Below are positions 29,881-40,706 of a DNA stretch of 64,000 bases, in pieces (position 1 is the stretch's first letter; each line of letters opens with the position of its first letter). Source of the DNA: Promethearchaeota archaeon (GTDB lineage Archaea > Asgardarchaeota > Lokiarchaeia > Sigyniarchaeales > SOKP01); NCBI GenBank assembly GCA_019058445.1, contig JAHPZA010000001.1:96001-160000 (forward strand). The letters are read 5' to 3'. The translations under genes were made by a program, and so were the position numbers. Below the pieces are notes generated by a model. The model did not search any database. It saw only the letters and a list, made by a program, of their open reading frames with translations, and was not told where the DNA came from.

Positions 29881-31242
29881 TTACATAAATCTATTGCTTA
29901 AAACAGGAGAGCCTACTCTTTGATGCATTCTTCTTCCAGTTGTCCTAAAGATACCGGGCTTACTCTCATTATTTAATAACTTTAAAGATTCAACCATGGT
30001 AAGAAGATCATCTAGATCGTCAAGATATTCTGGATCTCTTTCAGCGCTAATTATTTGTTGTGATAAATCGTCATCATCTGACGTATTAGTCTCTAAAATT
30101 TTAATCCTCTTAGATTTTATATTATATCCCATTTGACCTCCACCCCACGGTGAGTAGTTTTGTTGATAAAGATAGGTAGTGATGTCGGGAGCAAAAGGAA
30201 AAGGATAAGTCCAACAGGAAGCATGAGCCCATAAAATCTGTCCACTTCTATGATTTGCTATATCATGTATAATTTCATCCGAATGAATTTCATTTAGATC
30301 ATAAGCTACAATCAGGCCCTCTGTATTTGTATCAACTTCATTCCAAATTTTAAAAGGTTTTTTAAAAATTTCTGAAGTGGCCAGTGCCAGTATTCGACTA
30401 GAACGGTCTGGTAAGGACAATATACAGGGTACTTCAATTTTAGCCTTGTCTATTACACTTTTTAATCTGTCAATTCCTTGACGACATAAGGAATAGGAAT
30501 CAGAAATATAAGCATAGCGTCCATTCATTTCATCATCTATTCCATAGGGAGATAGATGTAGCAGAATTGAACCATTAAGAACCATATGCCATCCACGTAA
30601 ATCTGTATTATCTAATGAGCGAGAAGTTTTCAAGGTTGATGCTCTTGTTATCATTCCTTTTAAGGAATTTACCATAAATTGAATATCCATATCTTGACTA
30701 TCTTGAATAGTAAGAAGAAGTTTCTTGGTTTCATCAATGTTGCCTGTCATTATTCTATTAAATCCTAATAAGTACCTACAAAATTCACTAGTTTCAAGTA
30801 CTTCCTTTGCTTCAGTTAATAAATTACAAGCCTCTTGGTTCATCATCATAAATTCTAAATTCACCACTAGCTCAGATAAGATTTTTTCATCTTGAGGTTT
30901 TATTTTATTTGCTCTTGATAAAAAAGTAGCTGCAATACCATGAGCACTTTCCTCATATAAGTAATATGCGAGGTCATATAATGCATCGATATCATTCGGA
31001 TTTTCACGAACATTTTTCACCAAATCCCCCCAATCATCACCAATTAGTTCTCGAGTAATCTTTTCGAATAACTCGATTACATCACCCCATACAGTTTCAA
31101 GATAAAAATAACCCGGATAATCAAGAATCTCTCTAATATTTGAGTATGCGTCTTGTAACTTTTTTTGTTTCAGATTTTTTAAAAAAGCTCCTCTGATTTG
31201 CTTATATTCTTCTGGAAATTTTACATTGGTATCTTTAGACAT
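29881..31242 (-). CDS. TPR-containing hypothetical protein
   Basis: NPNDIDALYDLAYYL..A..L.RA..P TPR-like repeats. Confidence 0.65.
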   Translation of the reverse strand: MSKDTNVKFPEEYKQIRGAFLKNLKQKKLQDAYSNIREILDYPGYFYLETVWGDVIELFEKITRELIGDDWGDLVKNVRENPNDIDALYDLAYYLYEESAHGIAATFLSRANKIKPQDEKILSELVVNLEFMMMNQEACNLLTEAKEVLETSEFCRYLLGFNRIMTGNIDETKKLLLTIQDSQDMDIQFMVNSLKGMITRASTLKTSRSLDNTDLRGWHMVLNGSILLHLSPYGIDDEMNGRYAYISDSYSLCRQGIDRLKSVIDKAKIEVPCILSLPDRSSRILALATSEIFKKPFKIWNEVDTNTEGLIVAYDLNEIHSDEIIHDIANHRSGQILWAHASCWTYPFPFAPDITTYLYQQNYSPWGGGQMGYNIKSKRIKILETNTSDDDDLSQQIISAERDPEYLDDLDDLLTMVESLKLLNNESKPGIFRTTGRRMHQRVGSPVLSNRFM

Positions 31243-31437
31243 TTCTATCTATTTATTTTTTCAAATCATGTATAGCAATAACATTCTTCAATTTTGATAG
31301 TAAAGGTTTGTTCATTTAAAATTTTAGCAATTTTACTACTGCAATTTTGTTAAAAAAATATCCCCAATTTGCTTATATAAATGAATTATTGATAACAGAG
31401 AACGTTTAAGAAATTTTTTTAGAATAACTGTGAAAAA

Positions 31438-31552
31438 TGTAGGAGGGGGGATTTGAACCCCCGAAGGACTATTCCACTAGAGCCTCAGTCTAGCGCCGTA
31501 GACCAGGTTGCCATAGCTTACCATTAGGTTCAGCTATCTTGGCAACTCCTAC
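31438..31552 (-). tRNA. tRNA-Leu(GAG) with 30-nt D-loop intron (31508-31537, position 15/16)
   Basis: GTAGGAG/CTCCTAC acceptor, CTAGA-CTGAGGC-TCTAG anticodon arm, long V arm, GGGGGTTCAAATCCCCC T arm; BHB-type intron. Confidence 0.9.
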
Positions 31553-31674
31553 CCTACTCCTACTTTAATCGAAATATTTTCTTTACTATCTTTGATATTA
31601 AAATTATAAAATTATAGAAATTTTATATTCTTTATTATCTTTTAATATTGAACTAATCATATTAATGATAGGTT

Positions 31675-32469
31675 ATGTCAAAATTAGAAACTATTATTCT
31701 AGAAATAGAGGAATCTGAAAATTATGCAATAATCTATTTGAATCGTCCCGATCAATTAAATGCTTTAAATTTTCAGTTAGCTGAGGATTTCTATTCTGTG
31801 ATGGAAACAATTGCCAGAAATGAAACCATCCGAAGTATAGTTATTACTGGGAAAGGTAATGCGTTTTGTGCTGGAGGTGATTTAGGGGCCTTTAAAAAGG
31901 CAGAAGAACCGGATACGTTTTTGTTCGATTTAGCCACGATTTTCCATAAGGGGATAAAACTGTTGAAAACATTAAACGCTCCATCAATCGCAGCGGTAAA
32001 TGGTGCGTGTTTTGGAGTTGGGTTGAGTTTAGCGTGTGCCTGTGATTTAAGAATATGTTCCGAAAAAGCTAAATTTGGGGTTGCTTTTACAAGTGTTGGT
32101 CTTTCTCCTGATTCTTCACTGACCTTTCATCTACCTAAGATAGTTGGGTTACCACTAGCAAATGAAATGGCAATCTTAAATAGAATTCTAAATGCTAATG
32201 AAGCGATTAAATTTAATTTAGTTTCAAAAGTCACCCCTGAAGATTTGTTATTAGAAGAGGTAAAAGGAATTGCTAAAAAAGTTAGTCAGGGACCAACAAT
32301 GGCCTATGGGAGTACGAAAAAATTATTCACAATGTCATTTTCTAATGATTTGGAATCTCAACTGAATCAAGAAATAATAAATATCAAAAAAAACGCGATT
32401 TCAGAAGATTTTCAAGAAGGTGTCAATTCGTTCTTTGAAAAGCGAAAGCCAGATTTCAAGGGAAGGTAA
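31675..32469 (+). CDS. enoyl-CoA hydratase/isomerase (PaaG-like)
   Basis: LNRPDQLNAL, FCAGGDL, AAVNG, GLSPD, F.EKRKP. Confidence 0.92.
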   Translation: MSKLETIILEIEESENYAIIYLNRPDQLNALNFQLAEDFYSVMETIARNETIRSIVITGKGNAFCAGGDLGAFKKAEEPDTFLFDLATIFHKGIKLLKTLNAPSIAAVNGACFGVGLSLACACDLRICSEKAKFGVAFTSVGLSPDSSLTFHLPKIVGLPLANEMAILNRILNANEAIKFNLVSKVTPEDLLLEEVKGIAKKVSQGPTMAYGSTKKLFTMSFSNDLESQLNQEIINIKKNAISEDFQEGVNSFFEKRKPDFKGR

Positions 32470-32693
32470 TAAATAAGGAAAAATTGCTAATTTTTACTAA
32501 ATCTAGGTTCATAAAGACTAATTTAGGTAATAATTTACAAAGAATTCTGATAAATTCATTAAGGGTCAATTTTTTTCAAAACATAAAGGTTAAATTCCTA
32601 TATTTTTTATTTTAAAGAGGACAAATGAATTAAATAGATTAATAAATTCTAATATTATAAATCATAAAAATCACAAAATATCGGTATTGATTC

Positions 32694-33710
32694 GTGAGTG
32701 TTGATAGAAAAAGATTAGACGCTTTATTAAAATGGTATAAACAAGAAGTCGGTAAGGATCTCATTGCAGCGATTATAGTAAATCGAGAAGGTTTGGTTAT
32801 GGAAGCGATCTCGGGGAGTTCGGATAATAAAGCAATTGATGAAGAGATTGTAGGTGGTGTGAGCGCTTTAGTAGAGCCTGTACTCAATAGAATCACTAAA
32901 GAGTTTAGTTCTGGTGCTTTTGGAACTGGAACATTTGACACCGAAGAGTATAGATTAATTTTTTGTGAAGCTGGACCAGAATCTATATTCGTAACTGTTC
33001 TAGATAGCATGGGGATGGTTGATCCCGTTTTTCCATATGCTTACTTAGCAGCAGAAAAAATTGCTCGAATCTTTGATGGGCGCACAGTCAGTCCCGTTAT
33101 ACCTAAAATTATTACAGGTAGAGCAGCAAGTCAAATTGAGCGAAAAATTGATAAAATTCAAAAACTTAAAATAAAATCTGGAGAATATGCTTTTAAATTG
33201 GTCCTAGGCGGTGATGGATCTGTTGGTAAGACGAGCATGGTACACCGTTTTGTAGAAGATATATTCCATGTGGATTATAAATCAACGATCGGAACGTCTA
33301 TAATGAAAAAAGAATGTAAATTTGAGGGATTAGAATCAAAAGTTCGGTTTGTCATATGGGATTTAGCAGGACAGTCTCAATTTAAACGAGTGAGACAAAC
33401 CTATGTTGCCAATGCGGAAGCAGGAATTTTAGTGTTTGATGTGACAAGAAGAGAGACTTATGATAATGTGAAGCTCTGGTATGATGAAACAGTTAAAGAA
33501 GCACAAGGTATTACCTTAATTTTAGTCGGTAATAAAATTGACTTAACCGATTCAAGACAAGTTTCAAAAGAAGAGGGGGAAGCATTAGCTAATCAGTTAG
33601 GATTAAGCTATATCGAGACCTCTGCTAAGACTGGTGAAAATATAGAAGACGCTTTTAAAATGCTCGCTTTAAATATAATAAAAATTTATGTTGAAGCAAT
33701 TGAAGTATAA
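32694..33710 (+). CDS. roadblock/LC7 domain fused to Rab-like small GTPase
   Basis: N-terminal AAIIVNREGLV roadblock; GDGSVGKT, YKSTIG, WDLAGQ, GNKID, ETSAK. Confidence 0.9.
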   Translation: MSVDRKRLDALLKWYKQEVGKDLIAAIIVNREGLVMEAISGSSDNKAIDEEIVGGVSALVEPVLNRITKEFSSGAFGTGTFDTEEYRLIFCEAGPESIFVTVLDSMGMVDPVFPYAYLAAEKIARIFDGRTVSPVIPKIITGRAASQIERKIDKIQKLKIKSGEYAFKLVLGGDGSVGKTSMVHRFVEDIFHVDYKSTIGTSIMKKECKFEGLESKVRFVIWDLAGQSQFKRVRQTYVANAEAGILVFDVTRRETYDNVKLWYDETVKEAQGITLILVGNKIDLTDSRQVSKEEGEALANQLGLSYIETSAKTGENIEDAFKMLALNIIKIYVEAIEV

Positions 33711-33812
33711 AGCCTCTGGGGGGACTTGAACCCCCGGCCGAATCATCCAATCGAATGTATTAATCGATCAATTGATTACGAATCAATCGCTCTACCACTA
33801 AGCCACAGAGGC
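33711..33812 (-). tRNA. tRNA-Thr(CGT) with ~30-nt intron at the anticodon-stem/variable-loop junction (~33741-33770)
   Basis: GCCTCTG/CAGAGGC acceptor, ATTGA-TTCGTAA-TCAAT, T arm GGGGGTTCAAGTCCCCC, extra hairpin TTGATCGA..TCGATTGG. Confidence 0.85.
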
Positions 33813-33864
33813 AATAAATATAGCTTATTAATTATAAATCATACAGAATTTTAAATTTTTTCTA

Positions 33865-34881
33865 ATGAATAATAATCCTCAGATAGGGAATATTGGAGAA
33901 TTTGAATTAATAAAACTAATTGAAGATCTGGTTTCAAAAAAAACTGGAAAAGAATTATTAAGAGATGATTCTTTTTTTTTTTCCCATCGTAATGAAGAAG
34001 TAGATAAAGATGTAATCCTAAATTCTGATATGCTTGTGTCCACGACAGATATACCTCCTCAAATGAATTTTTATCAAATGGGGCGTAAATCTGTTATTAT
34101 GAATATTAGTGATTTAATCGTAAAAGGCGTCAAACCAAGGGGAATTATCATCTCTTTGGGGTTACCAAAAGAACTTAAGAGAGAGGATTTTATTAATTTA
34201 ATGCTAGGAATTATTGATTGTACCCTGAATTTTAATATTGAGTATATCGGTGGAGATCTCAATGAGACGATAGAAATTATCATAAATCCAACTACTTTTG
34301 GTTTTAAGGCCCCTTCCGCTATAATTTTCAGAAAGGGGATGAAATCAGGTGATATACTTATAACTAACAATAAATTTGGCTTAACCGGCGTTGGTTTTGA
34401 TCTTCTTTTGAATAAAAACATGGATCTGAAAGACATTACGAATTATAAACGTTCTGTAATGAGTGTATTGGAGCCTAAAATACCTGGAAATGAAGCATTA
34501 ATTTTATCTGAACATAATTTAGCTACATCGAGCATTGATTCTTCTGATGGTCTTGCCAAATCGTTAAGAGATTTAATATTATCTAATCCTGATTATGGCT
34601 TTGAGATTGATTTTACTGAAGAACTAATAGATCCAGAAGCCCTAATTTATTCTCAAGAATTTGATGTTCCTTTAGAAACACTTGTGTTTAATGGAGGTGA
34701 AGAATTTAATCATTTATTTACTATTAATCCAAAAAGCTTTAATGCTGCTCAAAAAATAATTAATGCGCAAGGGGGGCAAATCTTTAAAATTGGAAAGGTG
34801 ATTTCAGAAGAAAAGATTTATTTTTTAAAAGAAAATGAAAAACTTGAATTAAAAAGTCATGGATTTGAACATTTTAAATAA
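33865..34881 (+). CDS. thiL: thiamine-monophosphate kinase
   Basis: GEFELI, DMLV, NISD, GGDLNE, DSSDGL, GGEE, GFEHF. Confidence 0.93.
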   Translation: MNNNPQIGNIGEFELIKLIEDLVSKKTGKELLRDDSFFFSHRNEEVDKDVILNSDMLVSTTDIPPQMNFYQMGRKSVIMNISDLIVKGVKPRGIIISLGLPKELKREDFINLMLGIIDCTLNFNIEYIGGDLNETIEIIINPTTFGFKAPSAIIFRKGMKSGDILITNNKFGLTGVGFDLLLNKNMDLKDITNYKRSVMSVLEPKIPGNEALILSEHNLATSSIDSSDGLAKSLRDLILSNPDYGFEIDFTEELIDPEALIYSQEFDVPLETLVFNGGEEFNHLFTINPKSFNAAQKIINAQGGQIFKIGKVISEEKIYFLKENEKLELKSHGFEHFK

Positions 34882-35024
34882 TTTTTTACTATAGAAGAGT
34901 TCAAGCAATTTGCTAGTTTTATTAGACACAGAAAAAGTTTTATATTATTATAGATTTAAACTATTACAATTTTACCCTTTAATTAATTTTTAAAATAACG
35001 ATAATGTTTAAATTTTATGTTTAA

Positions 35025-35127
35025 GGGCCATTAGCGCAGAAAAACCGCAATTCGCGTTTTTTGCGTAAGCAGGTAGCGCAGCAGGCTTTTAACCTGAAGG
35101 TCGTGGGTTCGATTCCCACATGGCCCG
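35025..35127 (+). tRNA. tRNA-Lys(TTT) with 29-nt D-loop intron (35040-35068, position 15/16)
   Basis: GGGCCAT/ATGGCCC acceptor, CAGG-CTTTTAA-CCTG, GTGGGTTCGATTCCCAC; BHB-type intron. Confidence 0.9.
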
Positions 35128-35239
35128 TGATTTTCTTTTATTTTTTATGATATTTTAGATTGTTAACAGCACACAAAAATAACAAAAATAAAATTCAATT
35201 CTACCCTACTTTTAATATATACGAATCGTCTCATAATTC

Positions 35240-36253
35240 TTGAATATGGAAAATTCCGAATTTAAGCTTCCATCAGATGAGTCAGAGCAACTTTTAATTA
35301 AATCACAAGAAAATTCTAATCCTGACTATGGATGTGAACCAGAAAAGCGAGATATTAAAACTCATCTTGAATATGGGGTTATTAATCTAGACAAACCCAG
35401 TGGACCAACTAGTCATGAAGTTGTTTCTTGGGTTCGTAAAATTCTTGGAATTTCAAATGCGGGTCATGGGGGGACATTAGATCCAAAAGTTACTGGCGTG
35501 TTACCATGTGCACTTGGAAAAGCAACACGAGTTCTATCAGCACTATTGACTGCTGGAAAAGAATATGTAGGGGTAATGACTTTACATTCTACTGAACCAA
35601 GTAAAAAAGTGGAATCTGTTTTTAAAGTATTTACCAATAAAATTTATCAACGCCCTCCTTTAAAATCTTCTGTTGCTCGAAAATTAAGAATTAGGGAAAT
35701 TTATTATCTTAAATTATTAGAACTTAAAGATAATCGTGTACTATTCCGAGTAGGATGCGAAGCAGGAACCTATATTAGAAAATTATGTTTTGATATCGGT
35801 GAGGCACTCTGTTCAGGGGCTCATATGCTTGAATTAAGACGTACGAAAGTGGGTAATTTTAAGGAAGAAACAAATTTACAAACACTTCAAAATTTAAAAG
35901 ATGCTTATACTATTTATCAAACAGAGGGAGAGGAGTATTATTTACGAAAAATAATTTCTCCTATGGAAAAAATGGTGGAACATTTACCGAAGATTTTTGT
36001 GAGAGATACTGCGGTTGATGCGCTTTGTCATGGAGCAGATTTAGCTGCAGCTGGCGTTTGTTATATCGACGCGAGAATAAACCATAAAATGTTAATAGCA
36101 TATATGACACTTAAGAAAGAACTTATCGGATTTGGTATTGCACAGAAAAAGGCAATGGATATTTATAAAGCTAAATCGGGAATTATGGCTAAGACGAAAA
36201 AAATTTTTATGGAACGTGGCGTGTACCCTCGATGGAGTGAAAAAAACAAGTAA
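35240..36253 (+). CDS. cbf5: H/ACA pseudouridine synthase Cbf5
   Basis: DKPSGPTSHEV, GHGGTLDP, GTYIRKL, PUA domain. Confidence 0.96.
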   Translation: MNMENSEFKLPSDESEQLLIKSQENSNPDYGCEPEKRDIKTHLEYGVINLDKPSGPTSHEVVSWVRKILGISNAGHGGTLDPKVTGVLPCALGKATRVLSALLTAGKEYVGVMTLHSTEPSKKVESVFKVFTNKIYQRPPLKSSVARKLRIREIYYLKLLELKDNRVLFRVGCEAGTYIRKLCFDIGEALCSGAHMLELRRTKVGNFKEETNLQTLQNLKDAYTIYQTEGEEYYLRKIISPMEKMVEHLPKIFVRDTAVDALCHGADLAAAGVCYIDARINHKMLIAYMTLKKELIGFGIAQKKAMDIYKAKSGIMAKTKKIFMERGVYPRWSEKNK

Positions 36254-36280
36254 ACTAAGATAATTTAATGCATTGAGATT

Positions 36281-36940
36281 ATGAATCAAAAAAATCAGCA
36301 TTATTCAACTGAATATCCAGATGTAAAATTAAAGATCTACACGATATCTGAAAGCTTACGAAGACATCTTTATATATTTAAAACCGCGACTGGTGTGTTT
36401 TCTTTTAAGAAAATTGATTTAGGAACACAGATATTAATCGAGAATATGACAATTCCTAAAAATCCTAGCGTTTTATTAGATTTAGGATGCGGATATGGCC
36501 CAATAGGAATTGTTTTAGGATATGAATCTCCCTTAAGTCAGATTTTCTTCATAGATATTAATAAACGAGCAACCTGGTGTTCAAAGCAAAATATTAAGAT
36601 TAATTTTCCGGAGAATAGGAATCGGTTTAAGGTACTAACAGGGAATTACCTTGAACCAGTAATAAAAAAGAGTATAAAGTTCGATGGAATATTTATGAAT
36701 CCTCCTATAAGAAAGGGAAGAGCAGAATTTCTAAAAATACTTAATGAAGCTCTAAACGTCTTAAAACCAAATGGATTTTTTCAATTTGTAATTAGAAAAA
36801 AAATGGGGGCTTCTTATATAGAAAACTTTATTAATAAAAATTTTCCGAGAAATAAATATAGTTTTAATATTTTATGTAAAAGAAGTGGCTATTGGGTTTT
36901 CAATCTTATGTTAAATACAGCATTTTCTGATGAAAATTAA
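36281..36940 (+). CDS. class I SAM methyltransferase (RsmC-like)
   Basis: GVFS..IDLGT, LDLGCGYG, NPP. Confidence 0.88.
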   Translation: MNQKNQHYSTEYPDVKLKIYTISESLRRHLYIFKTATGVFSFKKIDLGTQILIENMTIPKNPSVLLDLGCGYGPIGIVLGYESPLSQIFFIDINKRATWCSKQNIKINFPENRNRFKVLTGNYLEPVIKKSIKFDGIFMNPPIRKGRAEFLKILNEALNVLKPNGFFQFVIRKKMGASYIENFINKNFPRNKYSFNILCKRSGYWVFNLMLNTAFSDEN

Positions 36941-37025
36941 AAACGTGTTAAGAAAAAATCGTAAAATTTTTTACGAAAGCGAAATTATTTATAAATAATT
37001 TGGAACTTTAAGAGGAATTATTTTT

Positions 37026-37283
37026 TTGACCAAGAAAAAAAAAATCGACGTATTATTACACGAACTTGTTCCGAAACATAAACTTTTAACTAAGAAAGAA
37101 ACATCTGATCTCTTAGAGAAATATCAAATCAGCGTTATTGATTTACCACAGATATTTGAAAAAGATCCGGTTGCAATTGCTATTGGAGCAAAGGAGGGCG
37201 ATGTAGTAAAGATTATACGTGATTCAAATACTACAGTAAAGACAATAAACTATTTTCGATATGTTAAAAAAGAAAAAGCCTAA
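37026..37283 (+). CDS. rpoH: RNA polymerase subunit H (Rpo5)
   Basis: HELVPKH, LPQI..DP, GDVVKIIR. Confidence 0.96.
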   Translation: MTKKKKIDVLLHELVPKHKLLTKKETSDLLEKYQISVIDLPQIFEKDPVAIAIGAKEGDVVKIIRDSNTTVKTINYFRYVKKEKA

Positions 37284-37334
37284 AAGAAGTTCTTTTTATA
37301 TAAATTCAAAGTAATAGTTGGTGTAAATTAAAAT

Positions 37335-40300
37335 TTGATTTCTGAGAATTTATCAAATGAGGATAAATGGGTAATATTAAAGAGTCTTTTTGATGAGAAG
37401 GGATTAGTAAGGCAACATTTGGATTCTTATAACAATTTCATTGAGCTTGAAATGCAAGATATTGTGAATGAATCTGGAGAAGTAGTACCTGATATTCCCG
37501 GATTTAAGATTAAATTTGGAAAAATAAAAGTTGGCAATCCGAAAGTTCGTGAGGCTGATGGGGCCACAATGGAAATAACTCCAATTGAAGCAAGGATAAG
37601 AGAACTTTCATATGCTGCTGATATCACTTTAGAAATGACCCCAATCACAATAGACGAGAGAACACAGAGAGAAGAAGCAGAAGAAACGCTCGACATCTAT
37701 ATTGGTAAAATTCCAATAATGCTAAAAAGTTGTCGCTGTCCATTAGAGAATTTATCGGAACCCGAATTGATAAATCGTGGTGAAGATCCATTAGATCCAG
37801 GAGGATATTTTATAATAAATGGTACTGAAAGAGTCTTAGTGACTCAAGAAGATCTAGCTCCTAACAGAATATTAGCCGAAGAAGCAAGTAGAAGTTCAAG
37901 TGCAACTCACCAAGCTAAAGTATTTTCTACTCGTAGTGGATTTAGAGCCCCAGTCACGATAGAAAGAAAGAAAGATGGTAATTTAAGGGTTTCATTCCCT
38001 TCTGTTCCAGGAAAAATACCATTAGCTATACTTATGCGTGCTCTAGGCTTACATTCTGACAGAGAAATTTTCGAAGCAATATCAGAAAATCCAGAAATAG
38101 AAAAAGAATTAATTCCTGTAGTGGATGTTGCTGCTGAAATTCAAGTATTAAAAGATCCTGAAAAATCTCAACAAAATGCTTTAGATTATATTGGTAAACG
38201 TGTTGCTATTGGCCAAACTAAAGATTATCGTATCCGTAGAGCTCTTCAAGTTTTAGATAGATATCTTTTGCCACATATTGGTAATAATGAAGAGGATAGA
38301 ATCAAAAAAGCCTATTATTTAGGACAAATGGCCCAAAAAGTTATGGAACTTGCATTAGCATTTAGAGACCCAGATGATAAAGATCATTATGCCAATAAAC
38401 GTTTGAAGTTAGCAGGGGAATTATTCACATCATTATTTAGAGTTGCCTTTCTTAACTTGGTTAAGGATATTAAGTATCAATTAGAGCGAACAGCCGTTCG
38501 AGGCAGAGCTCCAAATATAAAAACCGCGGTAAGAGCGGATGTAATAACTGAAAGAATAAGACATGCTTTAGCAACTGGAAATTGGGTTGGTGGAAAAGCG
38601 GGAGTTAGCCAATTATTAAATAGAACTAATCATGTAGGTACTTTGAGCCACCTTAGGAGAGTGATATCACCTTTAAGTCGAAGTCAACCACATTTTGAGG
38701 CAAGAGATCTTCATCCTACTCAATGGGGTAAAATATGTCCTGCTGAAACTCCTGAGGGTCCTAATTGTGGTTTGGTCAAAAATCTTGGCTTAACTTCAAT
38801 AATCTCTGTTGGAACTGATGAGAGAATTCTCGAGAATATATTACTCGATTTGGGGGTAATTCCTATAAATCAGGTTACAAATATTAGGGGAGATAAAGTT
38901 AAAGTGTTCCTTAATGGTAAATTAATTGGAATTCATCAGCAATACAATGCTTTCATACGGCAAATTAGAGAGAAAAGAAGAAAAGGAGAGATTGGTCAGT
39001 ATGTCAATATTGGCTATTATCACGATTCAAAGGAAGTACAGATAAATTGCGACGCCGGGAGAGCAACCAGACCGCTTTTTGTATTAAAAAACAAGAATTT
39101 ACTAATTAATAGTGAAGATATCGAAAAACTCAAACAAGGTAAATATATTTGGTCAGACTTAGTGCAAAAAGGGGTTATAGAATATTTAGATGCTGAAGAA
39201 GAAGAAAATGCCTATATTGCAATGTTTGAAGAAGATATTACCGCAGAACATACTCATTTTGAAATATCTCCTGCTGCAATCTTAGGGATTTGTGCCTCTA
39301 TTATACCTTTTCCTGAACACAATCAATCACCACGAAATACATACGAAGCTGGGATGGTCAAGCAAGCATTAGGATTATTTGCCGCGAATATGCATTTGAG
39401 GTTGGATACTAGAGGTCATACTTTACATTACCCTCAACAACCACTTGTTAAGACAAGTCCCATGGAAATTGTCGGATTTAATCAACGTCCAGCAGGTCAG
39501 AATTTTATTATTGGAATGATGAGTTTTGAGGGTTTTAACATTGAGGATGCTATTATTATAAATAAAGCCTCAATAAATCGAGGATTAGCTCGTAGTCATT
39601 TCTTTAGAACGTATGATGCTGAAGAAAGAAAATATCCGGGTGGTGAAGTAGACAAATTTGAAATTCCTGAAAGAGGAGTTAGAGGTTTCAAATCTGCCGA
39701 ATCATATCGATTATTATCAGAGGAAGACGGAATTATAGAGCCTGAAACTAAAGTAGATGGAGGAGATGTACTAATTGGAAGGACATCCCCTCCAAGATTC
39801 ATAAAATCTTATGAAGAATTCGAGTTAATGCAACCAAATCGAAGAGAAACTTCTAAGAATATGAGACATAATGAAAAGGGAATTGTGGATACAGTAATTA
39901 TTTCAGAAACAGTTGATGGAAATAAGCTTGTTAAAATTAAAGTGAGAGATTTAAGAATTCCAGAATTAGGAGATAAATTTTCTTCGCGTCATGGACAAAA
40001 AGGTGTACTTGGACTATTAGTACCTGAATGCGACATGCCATTTACTTCGAAAGGAGTAATCCCTGACATAATAGTTAATCCCCATGCTATGCCTTCGAGA
40101 ATGACTTTAGGTCAGTTATTTGAGGGTATTAGCGGTAAAATCGCATGTAATGTGGGGAAGCTGGGCGATGCAACAGCTTTCGAATGGAAAGATATCACTA
40201 AACTTCAAGAACAGTTAGTTCAGGCGGGATTTGAATTTAATGGAAGAGAAGTAATGTATAATGGGATTACGGGAGAAAAGTATGAAGCGGGAATTTATTG

Positions 40301-40706
40301 CGCTCCCATTTATTATCAAAAATTGTATCATCTAGTAGCAGATAAACTGCATGCCAGAGCAAGAGGTCCAGTCCAAATTTTAACTAGGCAACCAACAGAA
40401 GGTCGTGCAAGAGAGGGGGGATTAAGATTTGGAGAAATGGAACGAGATTGCCTTGTTGGTCACGGTTCTGCTTTATTATTAAAAGAACGATTGTTAGACG
40501 AGTCAGATCGAACTGTAATTCTTGTATGTGAAAAATGTGGTCTTCTTGCGGTCTATGATAGAAATAGAGATAAACGCTATTGTCCAGTATGTGGAGAGGG
40601 GACAATCATTTCAAAGGTTGTTTGCTCATATGCTTTTAAACTACTTTTACAAGAAATGATGAGCTTAGGACTCGCACCAAGATTAAAACTCAAGGAAAAA
40701 ATTTAG
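37335..40706 (+). CDS. rpoB: RNA polymerase subunit B (Rpo2), unsplit
   Basis: GGYFIINGTERV, GDKFSSRHGQKG, GLRFGEMERD. Confidence 0.98.
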   Translation: MISENLSNEDKWVILKSLFDEKGLVRQHLDSYNNFIELEMQDIVNESGEVVPDIPGFKIKFGKIKVGNPKVREADGATMEITPIEARIRELSYAADITLEMTPITIDERTQREEAEETLDIYIGKIPIMLKSCRCPLENLSEPELINRGEDPLDPGGYFIINGTERVLVTQEDLAPNRILAEEASRSSSATHQAKVFSTRSGFRAPVTIERKKDGNLRVSFPSVPGKIPLAILMRALGLHSDREIFEAISENPEIEKELIPVVDVAAEIQVLKDPEKSQQNALDYIGKRVAIGQTKDYRIRRALQVLDRYLLPHIGNNEEDRIKKAYYLGQMAQKVMELALAFRDPDDKDHYANKRLKLAGELFTSLFRVAFLNLVKDIKYQLERTAVRGRAPNIKTAVRADVITERIRHALATGNWVGGKAGVSQLLNRTNHVGTLSHLRRVISPLSRSQPHFEARDLHPTQWGKICPAETPEGPNCGLVKNLGLTSIISVGTDERILENILLDLGVIPINQVTNIRGDKVKVFLNGKLIGIHQQYNAFIRQIREKRRKGEIGQYVNIGYYHDSKEVQINCDAGRATRPLFVLKNKNLLINSEDIEKLKQGKYIWSDLVQKGVIEYLDAEEEENAYIAMFEEDITAEHTHFEISPAAILGICASIIPFPEHNQSPRNTYEAGMVKQALGLFAANMHLRLDTRGHTLHYPQQPLVKTSPMEIVGFNQRPAGQNFIIGMMSFEGFNIEDAIIINKASINRGLARSHFFRTYDAEERKYPGGEVDKFEIPERGVRGFKSAESYRLLSEEDGIIEPETKVDGGDVLIGRTSPPRFIKSYEEFELMQPNRRETSKNMRHNEKGIVDTVIISETVDGNKLVKIKVRDLRIPELGDKFSSRHGQKGVLGLLVPECDMPFTSKGVIPDIIVNPHAMPSRMTLGQLFEGISGKIACNVGKLGDATAFEWKDITKLQEQLVQAGFEFNGREVMYNGITGEKYEAGIYCAPIYYQKLYHLVADKLHARARGPVQILTRQPTEGRAREGGLRFGEMERDCLVGHGSALLLKERLLDESDRTVILVCEKCGLLAVYDRNRDKRYCPVCGEGTIISKVVCSYAFKLLLQEMMSLGLAPRLKLKEKI

